From a virus: a stretch of DNA of 50,347 bases. The stretch lies in the IMG/VR virus record IMGVR_UViG_3300027660_000001; one strand, given 5' to 3'. A program made the position numbers and the translations under genes. Shown here one piece after another: positions 48,831-50,347 of the stretch (positions within the stretch are counted from its first letter, which is position 1; each line of letters begins with the position of its first letter). Under the pieces are notes generated by a model. It did not search any database and was not told the origin of the DNA. It saw only the letters and a program-made list of their open reading frames with translations.

Positions 48831-49076
48831 ATGGCCAAGATGCGTTCGTTTAATACCAAGTCGATGAAGATCAACGGGCTGAAGTCTGAAGTGGATCACG
48901 ACCACTCGCAGACGAAAGAGGATGAATGGGGACAGCCGAATTTGCATTATGTCCGAGGACTGCTCTGCGGGAAATGCAATACGCTGTTAGGAAAGCTACG
49001 GGATAACAGACAGACGTTGCAACGATTGGCTGATTATCTCAAGCGGCATGGTGATAGCCTGGAGACGTTCAAATGA
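48831..49076 (+). CDS. endonuclease VII-family (His-Me finger) junction-resolving nuclease, short form
   Basis: EVDHDHSQTKEDEWGQPNLHYVRGLLCGKCNTLLGKL matches the DHDH...RGLLC..CN..LG core of T4 endonuclease VII-like proteins. Confidence 0.7.
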   Translation: MAKMRSFNTKSMKINGLKSEVDHDHSQTKEDEWGQPNLHYVRGLLCGKCNTLLGKLRDNRQTLQRLADYLKRHGDSLETFK

Positions 49077-49507
49077 CTTTCCAGAAAGGTAATCGGAATG
49101 CGAAGAAACTGACCGGGGAACAGGTGATGGAGATTAGGGAGCGTTATGGAATTCCTGGGGTTACACAACCGATGTTGGCAAGGGAGTACGGAGTTTCGCT
49201 TCCCACGATTGCGAATATACTGAATTACGTGACTTGGCAAAATCCGTCTTATTCGCCGCCGAGTCCCCGGCCGCCGCTCAAAGCACCTCCAGCACCGCAA
49301 AGTGCTGTAGAAGCCAGCATGGCCAAGATATCACGAATGGATTTAGGTCCGCTTAAAGAGCGCAAAGCACCTTCGCTTTATAATGATCCACCGCCTGAGA
49401 TACCAGGCGAGCCAACAGGTGAAGGGCTAGCAAGATTTAATAAGGAGGCGGCTAAACTACCGCCACAAGTCGGGACGGAATTGCAGAAACTGGAGAAAGG
49501 AGACTGA
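49073..49507 (+). CDS. HTH DNA-binding protein (144 aa; regulator or small-terminase-like)
   Basis: N-terminal KGNRNAKKLTGEQVMEIRERY...TQPMLAREYGVSLPTIANILNYVTWQN is similar to the C-terminal HTH of 15152..15583. Pro-rich C-terminal half. Confidence 0.5.
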   Translation: MTFQKGNRNAKKLTGEQVMEIRERYGIPGVTQPMLAREYGVSLPTIANILNYVTWQNPSYSPPSPRPPLKAPPAPQSAVEASMAKISRMDLGPLKERKAPSLYNDPPPEIPGEPTGEGLARFNKEAAKLPPQVGTELQKLEKGD

Positions 49508-49508
49508 G

Positions 49509-49700
49509 ATGTTTAAGATGGAAGCAACACACCTTCGAGGTAATCGCTGGGCAATACGTACAGCAGGACAATTGGGGACTTGTGGATCATTCCCGTTTCT
49601 TTGGACAGTAAGGTATGTAACTGCAGGAAGTGCTGAAGAGGCAATGCACAAGTTCGAGAGGCCCTTAATACCCTTCGATACAATGGCACGAAGGCGCTGA
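49509..49700 (+). CDS. hypothetical protein (63 aa)
   Basis: ATG 3 nt after the GGAGACT box (49499-49505). Confidence 0.5.
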   Translation: MFKMEATHLRGNRWAIRTAGQLGTCGSFPFLWTVRYVTAGSAEEAMHKFERPLIPFDTMARRR

Positions 49701-49790
49701 GCAAAAAGGCTTGAAATGAACCCAAGGTTTGCGAGCGTTACCGCCTGCGAGCCTTGGCTTGATTTCTGGGTTAAACAAAGGAGACTGAAA

Positions 49791-50096
49791 ATGCGAGAAG
49801 GAATGGTGATAAGCGTGAGCACGCTGATAAAGCTGCTCGAACAGGTACCGGACGGCAAAGAACCGATTGTGATATCCAGGCGGGATGCTACGATTTCTGT
49901 TTCGATTCCAGACGGGCCACTGCCTTGGGGCTGGGAGGCAGTAAACGAGGCTGGGTTTCAACAAACGAAAGGGTATAGGAGAGTTAAATTTACTGTCATG
50001 GGCAGGTCGGAATGGATTGAAGCACTGGAAGCAGGATATGACGGGGTGGCAGATGCGGACGCAGTAGTACAGATGCTTGAAAAGGACTCAAAATGA
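49791..50096 (+). CDS. hypothetical protein (101 aa)
   Basis: Track ORF 49716..50096 trimmed to ATG 49791, 4 nt after the GGAGACT box (49780-49786). Confidence 0.55.
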   Translation: MREGMVISVSTLIKLLEQVPDGKEPIVISRRDATISVSIPDGPLPWGWEAVNEAGFQQTKGYRRVKFTVMGRSEWIEALEAGYDGVADADAVVQMLEKDSK

Positions 50097-50269
50097 AATA
50101 CGAACAGAACATGATAGCGTTTGCGCTTTCGCTAGGGATTGTGATCTTGGTTTGCGGGATGGCCTATGCGATTCTCTGGCCATTCAAGCAGCGCAAACGG
50201 TCTGGCCTACCGCCGCCCGACCGGGCCTGCGAGCGCTCGGTTTACCTCGTGGGGAGGGAGTGGAAATGA
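50093..50269 (+). CDS. small membrane protein (58 aa)
   Basis: Manual translation MKYEQNMIAFALSLGIVILVCGMAYAILWPFKQRKRSGLPPPDRACERSVYLVGREWK. ATGA overlaps at both ends. The 3' end lies inside the terminal repeat. Below the track cut-off. Confidence 0.45.
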   Translation: MKYEQNMIAFALSLGIVILVCGMAYAILWPFKQRKRSGLPPPDRACERSVYLVGREWK

Positions 50270-50347
50270 ACGGCCAACCGAGTCTTCGAGGTACTGTCAG
50301 AGCGTACTGGGTGATTCTACTGGCAATTGGGCTGACCCTCGGGGTCA
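50249..50347. repeat. terminal direct repeat, copy 2 (identical to 1..99)
   Basis: Exact 99-nt identity with the window start. Confidence 0.95.

Noticed and set aside
50249-50347. The 99-nt terminal repeat as a biological direct terminal repeat (T7-like DTR)
   Set aside because: The length is typical of an assembler k-mer overlap and coding sequence runs straight through it. No independent evidence for physical ends is visible in the sequence.
1-50347. Lysogeny module, diversity-generating retroelement, retron, CRISPR array, toxin-antitoxin pair, phage RNA polymerase
   Set aside because: No integrase/recombinase, CI-like repressor, reverse transcriptase, repeat-spacer array or RNAP motifs were recognisable in any frame. 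Absence is judged by eye only.

Overview
The window is a complete, circularly closed dsDNA tailed-phage genome. The first 99 nt equal the last 99 nt, leaving 50248 nt of unique sequence. It has two divergent arms that start in a repeat-rich control region (46656-47135) and converge at 16759-16796.

(1) Plus-strand early/replication arm, 47136 -> junction -> 16758. It carries six sigma70-like promoters (TTGACA-N16/17-TAnnnT) and GGAGAYT Shine-Dalgarno boxes. Encoded functions:
- UvrD-like helicase
- Cas4-like PD-(D/E)XK nuclease
- Sak4-like ATPase
- DUF669-like SSB
- ParB-domain/DNA methyltransferase fusion
- UDG-family-A DNA polymerase fusion
- DUF3987-like ATPase
- endonuclease VII
- free-standing HNH endonucleases
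- many small ORFs

(2) Nearly gapless ~30-kb minus-strand late arm, 46655 -> 16797. Gene order:
- HTH protein
- tail-fibre cluster with GH16-like and GH5 glycanases
- TerL, portal, GroES-like protein, scaffold, capsid genes
- T7 gp11/gp12-like tail tube proteins and ejection proteins, including a 1263-aa giant
- a PurD-like ATP-grasp enzyme
- a pectate-lyase-fold tailspike
- a terminal holin-like/esterase cassette

I saw no integrase, repressor, phage RNA polymerase, tRNA, CRISPR array or reverse transcriptase.

Best candidates for something new:
- a lysis cassette ending in an alpha/beta-hydrolase, with no recognisable muralytic enzyme anywhere in the genome
- a full-length but divergent PurD-like ligase translationally coupled inside the virion operon
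- two paralogous stand-alone early genes of unknown family
- a 114-nt interrupted hairpin with a T20 loop next to an early promoter
- the repeat- and palindrome-dense divergent control region

All calls come from reading the sequence and translations by eye. No database search or computation was run.
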